A stretch of 64,000 nt of DNA from an uncultured delta proteobacterium (GTDB lineage: Bacteria; Myxococcota; Kuafuiibacteriia; Kuafuiibacteriales; Kuafuiibacteriaceae), in the NCBI GenBank assembly GCA_963803435.1, contig CAWDML010000009.1, positions 768,001-832,000 of the forward strand, written 5' to 3'. This document shows, one piece after another, positions 52,219-62,431 of this stretch. Position 1 is the first letter of the stretch; each line of letters begins with the position of its first letter. The notes under the pieces were generated by a model. It was not told where the DNA came from and made no database searches. It was given only the letters and a program-made list of their open reading frames with translations. Position numbers and translations under genes: made by a program.

Positions 52219-53349
52219 ATGTCGTTCGAGAACGTCACGGGTGCGATCGATGACATCGCCGCAGGGCGAATGGTCATCCTGGTCGACGACGAGGATCGGG
52301 AGAACGAGGGCGATCTCTGCATGGCCGCCGAGAAGGTGTCGCCCTCCGCGATCAACTTCATGGCGCGCTATGGGCGCGGCCTCATCTGCCTCACGCTGAA
52401 CGAGGAGAAGATCGAGCAGCTCGGCCTCAAGATGATGGTCGAGAACAACACCTCGGCGTTCGAGACCGGCTTCACCGTGTCGATCGAGGCGCGCGAGGGC
52501 GTCTCGACCGGCATCAGCGCCGCCGACCGCGCCCACACCGTGCTGACGGCGGTCCGGTCGGACGCTGCGCCCAACGACCTGGTCTCGCCAGGCCACGTCT
52601 TCCCCATCCGCGCCCGCAAGGGCGGCGTCCTGGTTCGCACCGGACAGACCGAAGGATCGGTGGACCTGTCGAAGCTCGCCGGCCTCCAGCCCGCGGGCGT
52701 CATCTGCGAGATCATGAACGAGGACGGTTCGATGGCCCGCCGCCCCCAACTCGAGGAGTTCGCGAAGGAGCACTCGCTTCGGATCGTCAGCATCGCGGAG
52801 CTGATCGAGTACCGGTTCGCGCACGATCGCCTGGTCGAGACCGTGTGCGAGCGGACGATCGACAACGCGGAGTGGGGAGAGCTGACCGTGCGCGTCATGC
52901 GCTCGCAGGTGGATGGCCTGGAGCACCTGGTGATCACGAAGGGCCAGATCGATCCCGAGACCGCGGTGCTGGTGCGCGTGCAATCGATCGATCTGCCTGC
53001 GGACCTGGTTGGCCTGGCGCTGTCCGGGGGCGGGGCGGAGATGCGGGCGGCCATGGCGAGCATCGCCGGCGCCGGCTCGGGCGTGTTCGTGTATCTGGTG
53101 CGGAGCGTCGAGGGCTCGTCGATGGCCGGCAAGCTGGCTCGGATCGACGCGCGGGTCATGCCGCCCACGTATCATCGCGTGGGAACGCGCCTCGATCTGC
53201 GCGAGTTCGGGACGGGCGCCCAGATCTTGAAAGCGGTGGGCGTGAAGAGGTTCCGGCTGCTCAGCAACAACGAGGTCCGGATCGTCGGCATCGAGGGGTT
53301 CGGGCTCGAGCTGATCGAGCGGGTCCCGCTCGCGGTCGAAGGGGTGTAG
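52219..53349 (+). CDS. ribB: DHBP synthase fused to a degenerate GTP cyclohydrolase II domain (RibBX-like)
   Basis: [27 protein letters not shown]; C-terminal domain lacks the Zn-binding Cys. Confidence 0.9.
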   Translation: MSFENVTGAIDDIAAGRMVILVDDEDRENEGDLCMAAEKVSPSAINFMARYGRGLICLTLNEEKIEQLGLKMMVENNTSAFETGFTVSIEAREGVSTGISAADRAHTVLTAVRSDAAPNDLVSPGHVFPIRARKGGVLVRTGQTEGSVDLSKLAGLQPAGVICEIMNEDGSMARRPQLEEFAKEHSLRIVSIAELIEYRFAHDRLVETVCERTIDNAEWGELTVRVMRSQVDGLEHLVITKGQIDPETAVLVRVQSIDLPADLVGLALSGGGAEMRAAMASIAGAGSGVFVYLVRSVEGSSMAGKLARIDARVMPPTYHRVGTRLDLREFGTGAQILKAVGVKRFRLLSNNEVRIVGIEGFGLELIERVPLAVEGV

Positions 53350-53352
53350 GCC

Positions 53353-53829
53353 ATGGGGAAGAGCTACGAGGGCAAGCTGGGCGCAGAGGGCAAGAAGTTC
53401 GGCCTCGTCGTGTCCCGCTTCAACAGCTTGATCACGGAGCGGCTCCTGGAAGGGGCAAAGGACTGCCTGTTGCGTCACGGCGCCCAGGAGAAGGACGTCG
53501 AGGTCGCGCGCGTTCCCGGAAGCTGGGAGATCCCGCTGGCCGTCAAGTGGATGGTCGAGTCGAAGCGCTACGACGCGGTGCTGGCCCTCGGATGCGTGAT
53601 CCGGGGCGGCACGCCGCACTTCGACTATGTTGCGGGCGAGGTGACGAAGGGATCGGCGGCAGTCCAGCTCAACGCCGGCGTTCCGGTGGCGCTGGGCGTG
53701 CTCACCACGGACACGATCGAGCAGGCGATCGAGCGGGCCGGAACCAAGCACGGAAACAAGGGTTGGGACGCGGCGCTGGCGGCGATCGAAATGGTCGGGC
53801 TTCGGGGAGCGTTGGGCATCGGGGACTAA
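53353..53829 (+). CDS. ribH: 6,7-dimethyl-8-ribityllumazine synthase
   Basis: [31 protein letters not shown]. Confidence 0.97.
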   Translation: MGKSYEGKLGAEGKKFGLVVSRFNSLITERLLEGAKDCLLRHGAQEKDVEVARVPGSWEIPLAVKWMVESKRYDAVLALGCVIRGGTPHFDYVAGEVTKGSAAVQLNAGVPVALGVLTTDTIEQAIERAGTKHGNKGWDAALAAIEMVGLRGALGIGD

Positions 53830-53832
53830 GCG

Positions 53833-54300
53833 ATGAAGGCGGCCCGTCGCAGAGCGCGCGAGTGTGCGCTGATGGTGCTCTACGGGATCGATGTGTCCGG
53901 CGTCGATCCGGAGGTCGCCCTCGAGCGCTTCTGGACGGACTTCGGCGATGGCCAGCCGCTCGATCCGCCGGCGCCCTACGAGGACAGCGAGGCGCGCGGG
54001 TTCGCGGTGGAGGAGGAAGAGGCGGTGAAGAGCTACGCGGAGCGCCTGGTGCAGGGCGTGGCGGCGGCCAAAGAGGAGCTCGACGCGCTCATCACCGGCA
54101 TCTCGCTGCACTGGCGCCTCGATCGAATGGCGCTGGTCGATCGGAACGTGCTTCGACTGGGCGCGTTCGAGCTCACCAAGCTCAAAGACGAGGTCCCTCG
54201 CAAGGTCGTCCTCAACGAGGCGATCGAGATCGCGAAGACGTTCGGCACGGCCGAGTCGAGCGCGTTCATCAACGGGATCCTGGACCGCATCGGGAAGTAG
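53833..54300 (+). CDS. nusB: Transcription antitermination factor NusB
   Basis: RRRARE, DRNVLRLG, NEAIEIAK, FINGILD. Confidence 0.95.
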   Translation: MKAARRRARECALMVLYGIDVSGVDPEVALERFWTDFGDGQPLDPPAPYEDSEARGFAVEEEEAVKSYAERLVQGVAAAKEELDALITGISLHWRLDRMALVDRNVLRLGAFELTKLKDEVPRKVVLNEAIEIAKTFGTAESSAFINGILDRIGK

Positions 54301-54304
54301 GACG

Positions 54305-54805
54305 ATGGCGACGGCGCGGATTTCGCCCGGAGACCTGTCCGGCCTCGATGCGCTCGCGGTCGACTCGCTCGCGCTCCATCTGTTCGCGGAGAAGCGCCAG
54401 CCGCGCGCGGTGGCGGGCTACGTCGACTGGCGAATGTGCGGCCGGCTCGCGCGGCTCCTGCTCGAGGATCGCTTTCACGGCGCGATCGACGAGACGCTGC
54501 TCATGCCGTCGCGCGGTCGCCTGGGCGCGGATCGATTGTTCCTGATCGGTCTCGGCGATCCCGTGAAGGGTCGCTACGGGATCGACGGTCGGATCGAGGA
54601 GGCGGTGGCAGTGCTCTCGGATGCACGCGCGACCAAGGTGGCGCTGGGCGGACCGAGCTTCGTGCTGGAGGCATGGCTCGCGGCGGCGACGCCGGATCGA
54701 TTCGAGGAGGTCGTCCTTCTCGACGCAGACGGTGCGCTCGATGGCGCAGAGGAGGCGCTGGAAGCGGCGGCCAAGAAGGCCGGCTTCGCCTGGAGCGCGC
54801 GGTGA
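54305..54805 (+). CDS. Stand-alone peptidase M17 N-terminal domain protein
   Basis: GYVDWRMCGRL, LLMP..RL...RLFLIGLG. Confidence 0.7.
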   Translation: MATARISPGDLSGLDALAVDSLALHLFAEKRQPRAVAGYVDWRMCGRLARLLLEDRFHGAIDETLLMPSRGRLGADRLFLIGLGDPVKGRYGIDGRIEEAVAVLSDARATKVALGGPSFVLEAWLAAATPDRFEEVVLLDADGALDGAEEALEAAAKKAGFAWSAR

Positions 54806-55236
54806 CCCTCGAGTCGGAGCTCGAGCGCCTGATCGCCGCGGTTCCGGAGGCGATCGGCGCGATCGTGTGCGACTTCGAGGGCGAGACGGTGGTGGTGGCC
54901 CTCGGGTCGGCGTCCCTGCCCCGGGAGGCCGAGGCGCGGGCGCTGGAGCACGTCCCCCGGCGGATCTCGCTCGAGATGCCGGTCGCCGAGTTCCTCATGC
55001 GCCTCGGAGGCGCCGAGCCCTGCGCGATCCTGCGGATCGCGGAGGATGCGGGACGCCGGCGGGGTGGAGGCGGGATCCGATCGCTGCACGCGCGGTATCG
55101 CGCCGTGGAGGTCCTCGTCGATCCACTGCCGGAAGGTTATTACCTGGTGCTCGTCCTCAGACGACCTGCGCTCGCGTCCCACGCACGGTTTCGCCTGCAA
55201 GACGCATCGCAGCGGCTCTCGGAATACGTCCGCTAG
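54802..55236 (+). CDS. Roadblock/LC7-like protein
   Basis: VPEAIGAIVCDFEGETV, YYLVLVL, ARFRL. Confidence 0.6.
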   Translation: MTLESELERLIAAVPEAIGAIVCDFEGETVVVALGSASLPREAEARALEHVPRRISLEMPVAEFLMRLGGAEPCAILRIAEDAGRRRGGGGIRSLHARYRAVEVLVDPLPEGYYLVLVLRRPALASHARFRLQDASQRLSEYVR

Positions 55237-55310
55237 CCAACGCTAGCCTAGCTTCGAGCCATGGCCTGTGATAACCCTCAGGGAACCATGTCGGCGAACA
55301 AGGGGGCCCT

Positions 55311-55880
55311 GTGATGAGCGGGCCTGAATTGGATTTCGTCGTGTATCTCGGAGATCCAGACGAGGGCGCGGAGGCTGTGACGAGCAAGGCCCTGCTCACT
55401 GGCATCGAGAAGCACAAGGCGAAGCTGGAGCTGCCCGGGGCCTACGGCGCGATCATCCTGACGGAGAAGGGCAAGGAGAAGGTGGAGCGCAAGCCGGACC
55501 CGATCGTCGCCCTGGTCACGAAGCTGGTACGTACGATTCCCTACCTGATTGACGGGGAGGCGGAGACGATCCTGCTCTCGGAGAGCGAGACCGGCTTCCT
55601 GCTCGAGCCCTCGGGGGACGACGTGCTGGTGTCCTGCTTTTTAGGCGACGCCTACGAGCCCGAGGAGTTCCTCCTCGAACCGGTCACCGTGACCCTCCAG
55701 GCGCTCGGAGAGCAGATCCTGTCGATGGGCGAGCGGCTGCGCGACGTGCTCAAGAAGGTGAGCCCCGAGTCGTTCGAGAACGACGGCGATGGCAAGAGCC
55801 TCGAGGAGTTCATCGACATGAGCCGGACGTCGTTCAAGACCTTCAAGCTGGAGGTCGAGCGAGGCTTGCGGGTGACATGA
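55311..55880 (+). CDS. Hypothetical protein
   Basis: 189-aa acidic ORF, strong host codon usage. Confidence 0.7.
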   Translation: MMSGPELDFVVYLGDPDEGAEAVTSKALLTGIEKHKAKLELPGAYGAIILTEKGKEKVERKPDPIVALVTKLVRTIPYLIDGEAETILLSESETGFLLEPSGDDVLVSCFLGDAYEPEEFLLEPVTVTLQALGEQILSMGERLRDVLKKVSPESFENDGDGKSLEEFIDMSRTSFKTFKLEVERGLRVT

Positions 55881-56185
55881 CGCGACGAATCGACGCGCCG
55901 CCGTATCGGCTGGGTCATCCGGACACGACGGATCCGGAGAAGATTGAGGAGCTGCAGAAGCGCGTCGAGAAGCACACCCGGCTCACCGCCAAGAAGACCG
56001 GAGCCGTGTTCTCCGAGGTCCTGACCAAGCGGATGAAGCGGATGCGCGGCGAGGACGACGACGACGAGACCCCCGAGGGTGGGGAGGGCGAAGAGCAACA
56101 GGGCGACAGGGAGCCCCTGCTCGCGCTCCATCCCGGACAGCAGCCCGGGCTCGCCAACAAGAAGAAAGTCATCGTCAAGGGCTAG
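55877..56185 (+). CDS. Small hypothetical protein
   Basis: ATGA overlap with the upstream gene; charged, acidic patch. Confidence 0.65.
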   Translation: MTRRIDAPPYRLGHPDTTDPEKIEELQKRVEKHTRLTAKKTGAVFSEVLTKRMKRMRGEDDDDETPEGGEGEEQQGDREPLLALHPGQQPGLANKKKVIVKG

Positions 56186-56190
56186 GACGC

Positions 56191-57692
56191 GTGTCGCAGA
56201 GCCTTCACCCGATTCTCGAAGGACATCGCGGTCCTTTCCCGCGCCGGCTATCCGATCATCTACATCGTGACGCAGGAGGAGGCGCGGGCGCACCGCCTCG
56301 TGGAGAAGGCGGCCGCGGCGGCGCGCAAGAGCCTGGTGCGGTGGTCGGCGTCGACCGGCTTCGACGGTGGCGAGGCGGGCCGGACGGTGGACGACGCCCG
56401 GGGCGCCATCGACATTCTGGGCGCCAACGAGGAGCCGTCCCTGTTCCTGCTGCTCGACCTCCACCCGTACCTCAAGGATCCGAGCCTGATCCGGCGGCTG
56501 CGGGATCGCCTGCCCGAGGCGACGCGCCGCCGCCAATCCTTCGTGATCATCGCGCCCGTGCTCGAGCTGCCGGTCGAGCTGGAGAAGGACGCTGCGGTGA
56601 TCGATCTTCCCCTCCCCAAGAACGAAGAGCTGCTCGCCGAGCTGGAGCGCGTCTCTCGATTGGAGAAGGTGGAGGTCCATCCCGAGGTCGCGGATTGTGC
56701 GGTGCGCTCCGCGCTGGGGCTGGGGCTCGCGGAGGCGGGCCGCGTCTTCCGCAAGGTCATGGTGCTGCGGAAGGGCCTCGAAGAGGACGACCTTCGGATG
56801 GTGGTCGAGGAGAAGAAGAACGTCCTCCGCAAGACCGACGTCCTCGAGTTCAACGAGCTGGCGGAGGGCCTGGCCGAGGTGGGTGGGCTGGGCGAGCTCA
56901 AGCGCTGGCTCGGCACCCGGCTGGAGGCGTTCGGCGACGAGGCCCGCAACTTCGGGCTCCCGCCGCCCAAGGGCTTGCTCCTCCTGGGGGTCCAGGGCTG
57001 CGGCAAGTCGCTTTCGGCCAAGGCGGTGGCGGAGCTCTGGAAGTTCCCGCTCCTCCGGCTCGACGTCGGCGCGCTGTTCTCGGGCGCCAGCGCCTCGCCC
57101 GAGGCGGCGATGCGGGAGGCGATCAAGATCTGCGGAGAGCCTGTCGCCGGTCGTCCTCTGGATCGACGAGATCGAGAAGGGGTTCGTCCAGTCCGACAAG
57201 GACGAGAGCACCACCCGCGTGTTCGGCACGCTGATCACGTGGCTCGCCGAGAAGAAGGCGCAGGTCTTCGTGGTGGCGACCGCCAACGACGTCAGCGGTC
57301 TCCCGCCCGAGCTCCTGCGCCGCGGGCGCTTCGACGAGATCTTCTTCGTCGACCTACCGAACCAGCACGAGCGGCTGGAGATCCTCAAGATCCACATCAA
57401 GAAGCGCCAGCGCGATCCGGATCGCTATCCGACGCTCCTGCAGCTGGCTGCCCGCGCCGACCACTTCTCCGGCGCCGAGCTCGAACAGGTGGTGGTCTCG
57501 GCCCTGTACCGGGCCTTCGCCGAGAAGCGCGAGCTCTCCGACGAGGACCTGGAGATCGCGCTCAAGCAGACGGTGCCCCTCTACCAGACGTACGAGGAGA
57601 AGATTAAGTGGCTCCGCGACTGGGCCCGCACCCGCGCCCGTCCGGCGACCCTCGACTCGACCGTGCTCGATCTGTTCGGCGTCGGCCGCTGA
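56191..57692 (+). CDS. Ycf46-like AAA+ ATPase; apparent frameshifts at ~56214 and ~57131
   Basis: [19 protein letters not shown], Walker A GVQGCGKS, Walker [29 protein letters not shown]. Confidence 0.88.
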
Positions 57693-57730
57693 CCGTCGAC
57701 TTGAATCGCCAGGGGCGGTACTCGAGATCC

Positions 57731-58060
57731 GTGAGCGATGCGGTGATCGGGGAGGGCGTGCGCGTGAACGGCGAGGTCTCGGCCGAGAAGGAGCTGTCCA
57801 TCGCAGGAGAGGTGCACGGAAGGATCCGATCCCCGCACGTGGTGATCCGAGGGGGCGGCGCGGTCGACGCCGAGGTGGAGGCGGATCGGGTGATGGTCCA
57901 CGGACGTGCCGCCGGGGTGATCAGCGCGACGGATCGCATCGAGGTGAAGGGGACGGCGATCGTGACCGCGGATCTGAGCGCCCCTTCGGTGGTGATCGAG
58001 GAAGGCGCGGTCGTTCGCGGGAGTGTGCGGATGGACCTGGGGCTGCCCCCAGACGTGTGA
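57731..58060 (+). CDS. Bactofilin (polymer-forming cytoskeletal protein)
   Basis: VIGEGVRVNGEV..L.I.G.V.G.I beta-helix repeats, IEEGAVVRG. Confidence 0.88.
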   Translation: MSDAVIGEGVRVNGEVSAEKELSIAGEVHGRIRSPHVVIRGGGAVDAEVEADRVMVHGRAAGVISATDRIEVKGTAIVTADLSAPSVVIEEGAVVRGSVRMDLGLPPDV

Positions 58061-58069
58061 GGGTGAGGC

Positions 58070-58393
58070 ATGGAGAAGACGGTGATCGGGAGCTCGCTGG
58101 TGATCGAAGGGGACCTGGAGGGCGCGGAGACGCTCGAGGTGCACGGGCGGGTGCGCGGGCGGATGGTGTCGGCGAAGAGCGTGACGGTGTGGGCTTCGGG
58201 GAGCGTGGAGGCCGAGGTCCGGGGGGAGACCGTCCGGGTCGAGGGCGCCCTCGTGGGCTCGATCAGCGCGGACGGGCGCGTCGAGATTGCACCGGACGCG
58301 CGGATGGACGGGGACATCCGGTCGCCGCGGATCGTGATTGCGGATGGGGCCCACTTTCGCGGTAACGTCGACATGCGCCGGCCGGAGCCATGA
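58070..58393 (+). CDS. Bactofilin
   Basis: TVIGSSLVIEGDL, IADGAHFRGNVDM. Confidence 0.9.
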   Translation: MEKTVIGSSLVIEGDLEGAETLEVHGRVRGRMVSAKSVTVWASGSVEAEVRGETVRVEGALVGSISADGRVEIAPDARMDGDIRSPRIVIADGAHFRGNVDMRRPEP

Positions 58394-58866
58394 TCAAGAA
58401 GACCGAAGCAGGGGCCGAGATCTCGAGGAGCACGGTCGTGCGCGGGCGTGTGCAAGGCACGGAGCCGCTCTCGGTCGCGGGTCGGATCGAGGGCTCGGTC
58501 GTGCTCGACGCGAAGCTCACCATCGAGAAGAGCGGGGTGGTGAAGGCGGACGTCGACGCCGACGAGGTGATCGTCCGGGGCATCCTGATCGGGAACGTCC
58601 ACGCCAAGCGGGCCGTGCGGATCGAGTCGGGCGCCCGCGTGAAGGGTGACATCGAGGCGCCCACGGTGGCGATCGCGGACGGCGCGCGCTTCTCGGGCGG
58701 GCTCACGATCGGCGATCCGGAGTCGGCGCGGGCGCTGCTTCCCAGCTATGAGCCCGAGCAGGTGCGAGAGCGGGCGGCGGCGAAGAACGTCCCGCCCGAG
58801 GTGATCATGCGGCCGGTACCCGTCGAGCGGACACGGCCGCGCGTCGTGGTGAAGAAGCGAACATGA
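58390..58866 (+). CDS. Bactofilin with basic C-terminal tail (BacP-like)
   Basis: Beta-helix core plus a disordered tail ending RVVVKKRT. Confidence 0.88.
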   Translation: MIKKTEAGAEISRSTVVRGRVQGTEPLSVAGRIEGSVVLDAKLTIEKSGVVKADVDADEVIVRGILIGNVHAKRAVRIESGARVKGDIEAPTVAIADGARFSGGLTIGDPESARALLPSYEPEQVRERAAAKNVPPEVIMRPVPVERTRPRVVVKKRT

Positions 58867-59459
58867 AAGCGGATGATCTGGAGCAGGCCCGGACGGATCT
58901 CCTGGCGCTCCTCGAGACCAAGTCGTTCCAGAAGCGGAAGGTCACGCTCACCTCGGGTCGGACCTCCAACTTCTATGTCGACTGCAAGCAGACCACGCTC
59001 GACGCGACCGGACATGTGCTGGTCGGGCGGCTCCTCTTCGAGGAGATGCGTCGCTACGAGGAGCGCGGCGGGCGTCGGGTGGCCGGCGTGGGAGGTCTGA
59101 CGCTGGGCGCCGATCCGATCGCGAGCGCCGCGTCGCTCACCTCGGCGCTGCTCGACCATCCGATCCCGGCGTTGATCGTGCGCAAGGAGCCCAAGGGCCA
59201 CGGCACCGGCGCCTTTCTGGAGGGTGCGAACAACCTGGTCGCTGGCGGAGAGGTGGTGGTGGTCGAGGACGTGGTCACCACCGGCGGCTCCGCGATGAAG
59301 GCGGTCGAGCGCATCCGTGACGGTGGCTTCACCGTGCATCTCGTCCTCGGATTGGTCGATCGGCTCGAGGGGGGCCGGGAGAACCTCGAACGCGAGGGCC
59401 TCGAGGTGGTCACTTTGTTTGATCGCCGGGACTTCCTCCCGGACGATGAGGTCGAATGA
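58863..59459 (+). CDS. pyrE: Orotate phosphoribosyltransferase
   Basis: LTSGRTSNFYVD, GGLTLGADP, VRKEPKGHG, VVEDVVTTGGS. Confidence 0.96.
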   Translation: MKADDLEQARTDLLALLETKSFQKRKVTLTSGRTSNFYVDCKQTTLDATGHVLVGRLLFEEMRRYEERGGRRVAGVGGLTLGADPIASAASLTSALLDHPIPALIVRKEPKGHGTGAFLEGANNLVAGGEVVVVEDVVTTGGSAMKAVERIRDGGFTVHLVLGLVDRLEGGRENLEREGLEVVTLFDRRDFLPDDEVE

Positions 59460-60070
59460 AGCGCGCGCTCCTCGTCACCGGTCTCCTCCTGGGATGCGCC
59501 GGGCCCGAGCGCATGTCGCTCCAGCCGCGCGCCGGCCTCACACCCGACGACTACGAGGACGTCCTCGACGACTGGACCCGGCACGACGAGCTCTACGACA
59601 AGCTCGACAGCATCATGTTCGTCTTCGCCACCTTCCACTCGCCGGAGTTCCGGAAGGCGTTCCTCCTCCGGCACGCCGATGTGTACGGGCCCGGCAGCGA
59701 GATGGCCGAGCACCTGACGCTGAGCGACCCCGAGGCCGAGCACTTTCTCGAGTTCTTCGTCAGCAGCTCGACCGGCCGGGTGGAGTGGAACGATCTCGAC
59801 AAGAACAAGGACTCGATCTGGAGGGTGACGCTGGTCGGGGATGACGAGCAGGACGTCGCGATCGGTCAGGTGACCAAGGTCCGGACCACGGCCAACATCC
59901 GGGCCATCTATCCCTACATCACCGACTTCGCGAAGACGTACCGGATCCGATTTCCGATGACGACGGTCGGTGGCAAGCCGATCCTGACCAACCAGACGCA
60001 CCGCCTCACGCTCCACATCGCCTCCGCGCTGGGCGCGTGCGCGATGTCCTGGGAGTTCGAGACGCGCTGA
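59456..60070 (+). CDS. Hypothetical lipoprotein
   Basis: Lipobox LLGC. Confidence 0.75.
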   Translation: MKRALLVTGLLLGCAGPERMSLQPRAGLTPDDYEDVLDDWTRHDELYDKLDSIMFVFATFHSPEFRKAFLLRHADVYGPGSEMAEHLTLSDPEAEHFLEFFVSSSTGRVEWNDLDKNKDSIWRVTLVGDDEQDVAIGQVTKVRTTANIRAIYPYITDFAKTYRIRFPMTTVGGKPILTNQTHRLTLHIASALGACAMSWEFETR

Positions 60071-60074
60071 GCGG

Positions 60075-61718
60075 TCACGCCACCAGATCCTTGCGGACCA
60101 GCACCGTGTCGTGTGCCGCCGCCGACGGGTTGGGAAAGTCGATCGTGTAGTGCAGCCCGCGCGACTCGCGGCGCTTGAGGGCCGACTCCACGATCAGCTC
60201 GGCGACCGTACAGATGTTGCGGAGCTCCAGAAGATCGCGGGTCACGGTGGCGTTCCAGTAGAAGTCCCGGATCTCCTCCTTGATGGTGTCGATGCGTCGC
60301 TTGGCGCGGAGCATGCGACGGGTGCTCCGCACGATCCCGACGTAGTTCCACATGAACCGCCGGATCTCGTCCCAGCACTGGGTGATGACGACCAGCTCGT
60401 CGGAGGGCACGGCGTCGCCGGGATCCCACTCGGCCACGCCGTCGAAATCGGGCGCGGGGAGGGCGAAGTAGCCCTCTCCGGCGAGGGCGGCGCGATGCCC
60501 GAAGACCGCTCCCTCGAGGAGGCTGTTGGAGGCGAGCCGGTTGGCGCCGTGCATCCCGGTGCAGGCAGACTCGCCGATCACGAACAGACCGGGGATGCAG
60601 GACTCTCCGCGCTCGTCGGTCCGCACGCCGCCGCAGACGTAGTGCGCGGCGGGGACGACCGGGATCGGCTCCTGGGTCATGTCGATCCCATACTTCATGC
60701 ACTCGGCGTGGATGTTGGGAAAGCGGCGACGCACGAAGTCTTTGTCCAGGTGGGTCATATCGAGGAGCACGCAGTCGTCGCCGGTTCGCTTGAGCTCCGC
60801 GTCGATCGCGCGCGCCACGATGTCGCGCGGCGCCAGCTCCTTCATCGGGTGGTAGGCGTCCATGAACCGCGTGCCGTCCATGCGGCGCAGCAGGCCGCCT
60901 TCACCGCGGAGGGCCTCCGAGATCAGGAAGGACTTGGCCCGCGGATGATAGAGGCACGTCGGATGGAACTGGATGAACTCCATGTTCGCGATCTCGGCGC
61001 CGGCCCGCCAGGCCATCGCGACCCCGTCGCCGGTCGCGACGTCCGGGTTGGTCGTGTAGAGGTAGACCTTCGAGGCCCCGCCGGCGGCGACGATCGTGAC
61101 GCGCGAGAGGAACGTGATCACCCTGCCGCTCACCTCGTCGAGGACGTAGGCGCCCAGGCAGCGGTTCTCCGGCCCGGGCATCACGAAGCGCGTGCCCGAG
61201 AGCAGGGCCTCGACCTTCCGCGAGGTGATGAGGTCGATCGCGCAATGGCGCTCCAGCAGGGTCACGTTGCTGCGCGACTTCAGCGCCGCGAGGAGAGCGC
61301 GGATAATCTCGGCTCCCGTGATGTCGCCGGCGTGGACCACACGGCGGTGCGTGTGGCCGCCCTCGCGCGTGAGATCGAACTCGACGCTTGCGTCGTGCTG
61401 GCCGTCGTTCTTGTCGAAGCGCGCGCCCTGCTCGATGAGCCGCGCGATTGCCGCGGGCGCTTCCTCCACCACGCGCTCCACCACGCCCGGGTGGCAGAGG
61501 CCGGCGCCGGCGGCGAGGGTGTCGGTGATGTGCGCCCGGAAGGAGTCGTCCGGGGCGAGCACCGCGGCGACGCCGCCCTGGGCATAGGCAGTGTTCGCGT
61601 CGGCAGCCCCGCGCTTGGTCACGATGACGACGTCGCGGCCGGACCGGCTCGCCTCGAGCGCGTAGGTGAGGGCGGCGATGCCACTTCCGATCACCAGCGC
61701 ATCGCAGGTCTGCTTCAT
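60075..61718 (-). CDS. nadB: L-aspartate oxidase
   Basis: IGSGIA, AQGG, REGGH, QFHPT, SEALRGEG, HGANRLASNSLLE, ESRGLHY. Confidence 0.96.
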   Translation of the reverse strand: MKQTCDALVIGSGIAALTYALEASRSGRDVVIVTKRGAADANTAYAQGGVAAVLAPDDSFRAHITDTLAAGAGLCHPGVVERVVEEAPAAIARLIEQGARFDKNDGQHDASVEFDLTREGGHTHRRVVHAGDITGAEIIRALLAALKSRSNVTLLERHCAIDLITSRKVEALLSGTRFVMPGPENRCLGAYVLDEVSGRVITFLSRVTIVAAGGASKVYLYTTNPDVATGDGVAMAWRAGAEIANMEFIQFHPTCLYHPRAKSFLISEALRGEGGLLRRMDGTRFMDAYHPMKELAPRDIVARAIDAELKRTGDDCVLLDMTHLDKDFVRRRFPNIHAECMKYGIDMTQEPIPVVPAAHYVCGGVRTDERGESCIPGLFVIGESACTGMHGANRLASNSLLEGAVFGHRAALAGEGYFALPAPDFDGVAEWDPGDAVPSDELVVITQCWDEIRRFMWNYVGIVRSTRRMLRAKRRIDTIKEEIRDFYWNATVTRDLLELRNICTVAELIVESALKRRESRGLHYTIDFPNPSAAAHDTVLVRKDLVA

Positions 61719-61804
61719 GCCGGGACAGTTGCCATAACGAACCGCGAGGGGCGAGGAAGACCGCGAGCTTGCCCGGTCCGAACCCGATGCTAGGATAGTG
61801 CGGC

Positions 61805-62431
61805 GTGGGCAAACCCCAGGCTCAGCTCGGCCTGCTGGCCCTCCTGCTGATTCCCAGCCCGGCCTGGGCGGAGCTGTACAGCTTCGTCGACACCGACGGC
61901 GTCATCCACCTGACCAACATCCCCAAGGGCGGCGAATACCGTCCCTACAATGCGGACGACGCCGAGGGGTTCGGCGGACAGAAGCCGATCGTGATCGTGT
62001 ATCGCGGCGGGGTGGAGCGCGTGCTGTATCCGGTCGACGTCTCGCGATTCGACGATGCGCTTCGCGAGGCCGCGCGGCACTACAACCTCCCGTTCGCGTT
62101 TCTCAAGGCCATCGCGAAGGTCGAGTCGAACTTCAACCCGCGCGCGATCTCGACGAAGAACGCGAAGGGGTTGATGCAGCTGATCGACGAGACTGCGGAG
62201 CGCTTCAACGTCGCGGATCCGTTCGATCCCAAGCAGAACATCTTCGCCGGCGCGCGCTACCTGCGGATCCTGGCCAACGAGTTCAAAGGCAACATGGCGC
62301 TCACGGCGGCCGCTTACAACGCGGGCCCGGAGCGCGTCCGTCGCATCGGGCGCGTGCCCGAGATCCGCGAGACGCAGCGTTACGTGCGTCGCGTCCTTCA
62401 GATGTATCGACACTACAAGCGATCGGAGTGA
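61805..62431 (+). CDS. SLT-family lytic transglycosylase
   Basis: VESNFN, AKGLMQL, AAYNAG, ETQRYV; signal peptide. Confidence 0.92.
   Translation: MGKPQAQLGLLALLLIPSPAWAELYSFVDTDGVIHLTNIPKGGEYRPYNADDAEGFGGQKPIVIVYRGGVERVLYPVDVSRFDDALREAARHYNLPFAFLKAIAKVESNFNPRAISTKNAKGLMQLIDETAERFNVADPFDPKQNIFAGARYLRILANEFKGNMALTAAAYNAGPERVRRIGRVPEIRETQRYVRRVLQMYRHYKRSE

Noticed and set aside
24303-57692. Programmed frameshifting or true pseudogenes in GH57, GalT-like, PEGA and AAA genes
   Set aside because: No slippery heptamers, no other decay, and a shared GATC context; sequencing artefact is more parsimonious
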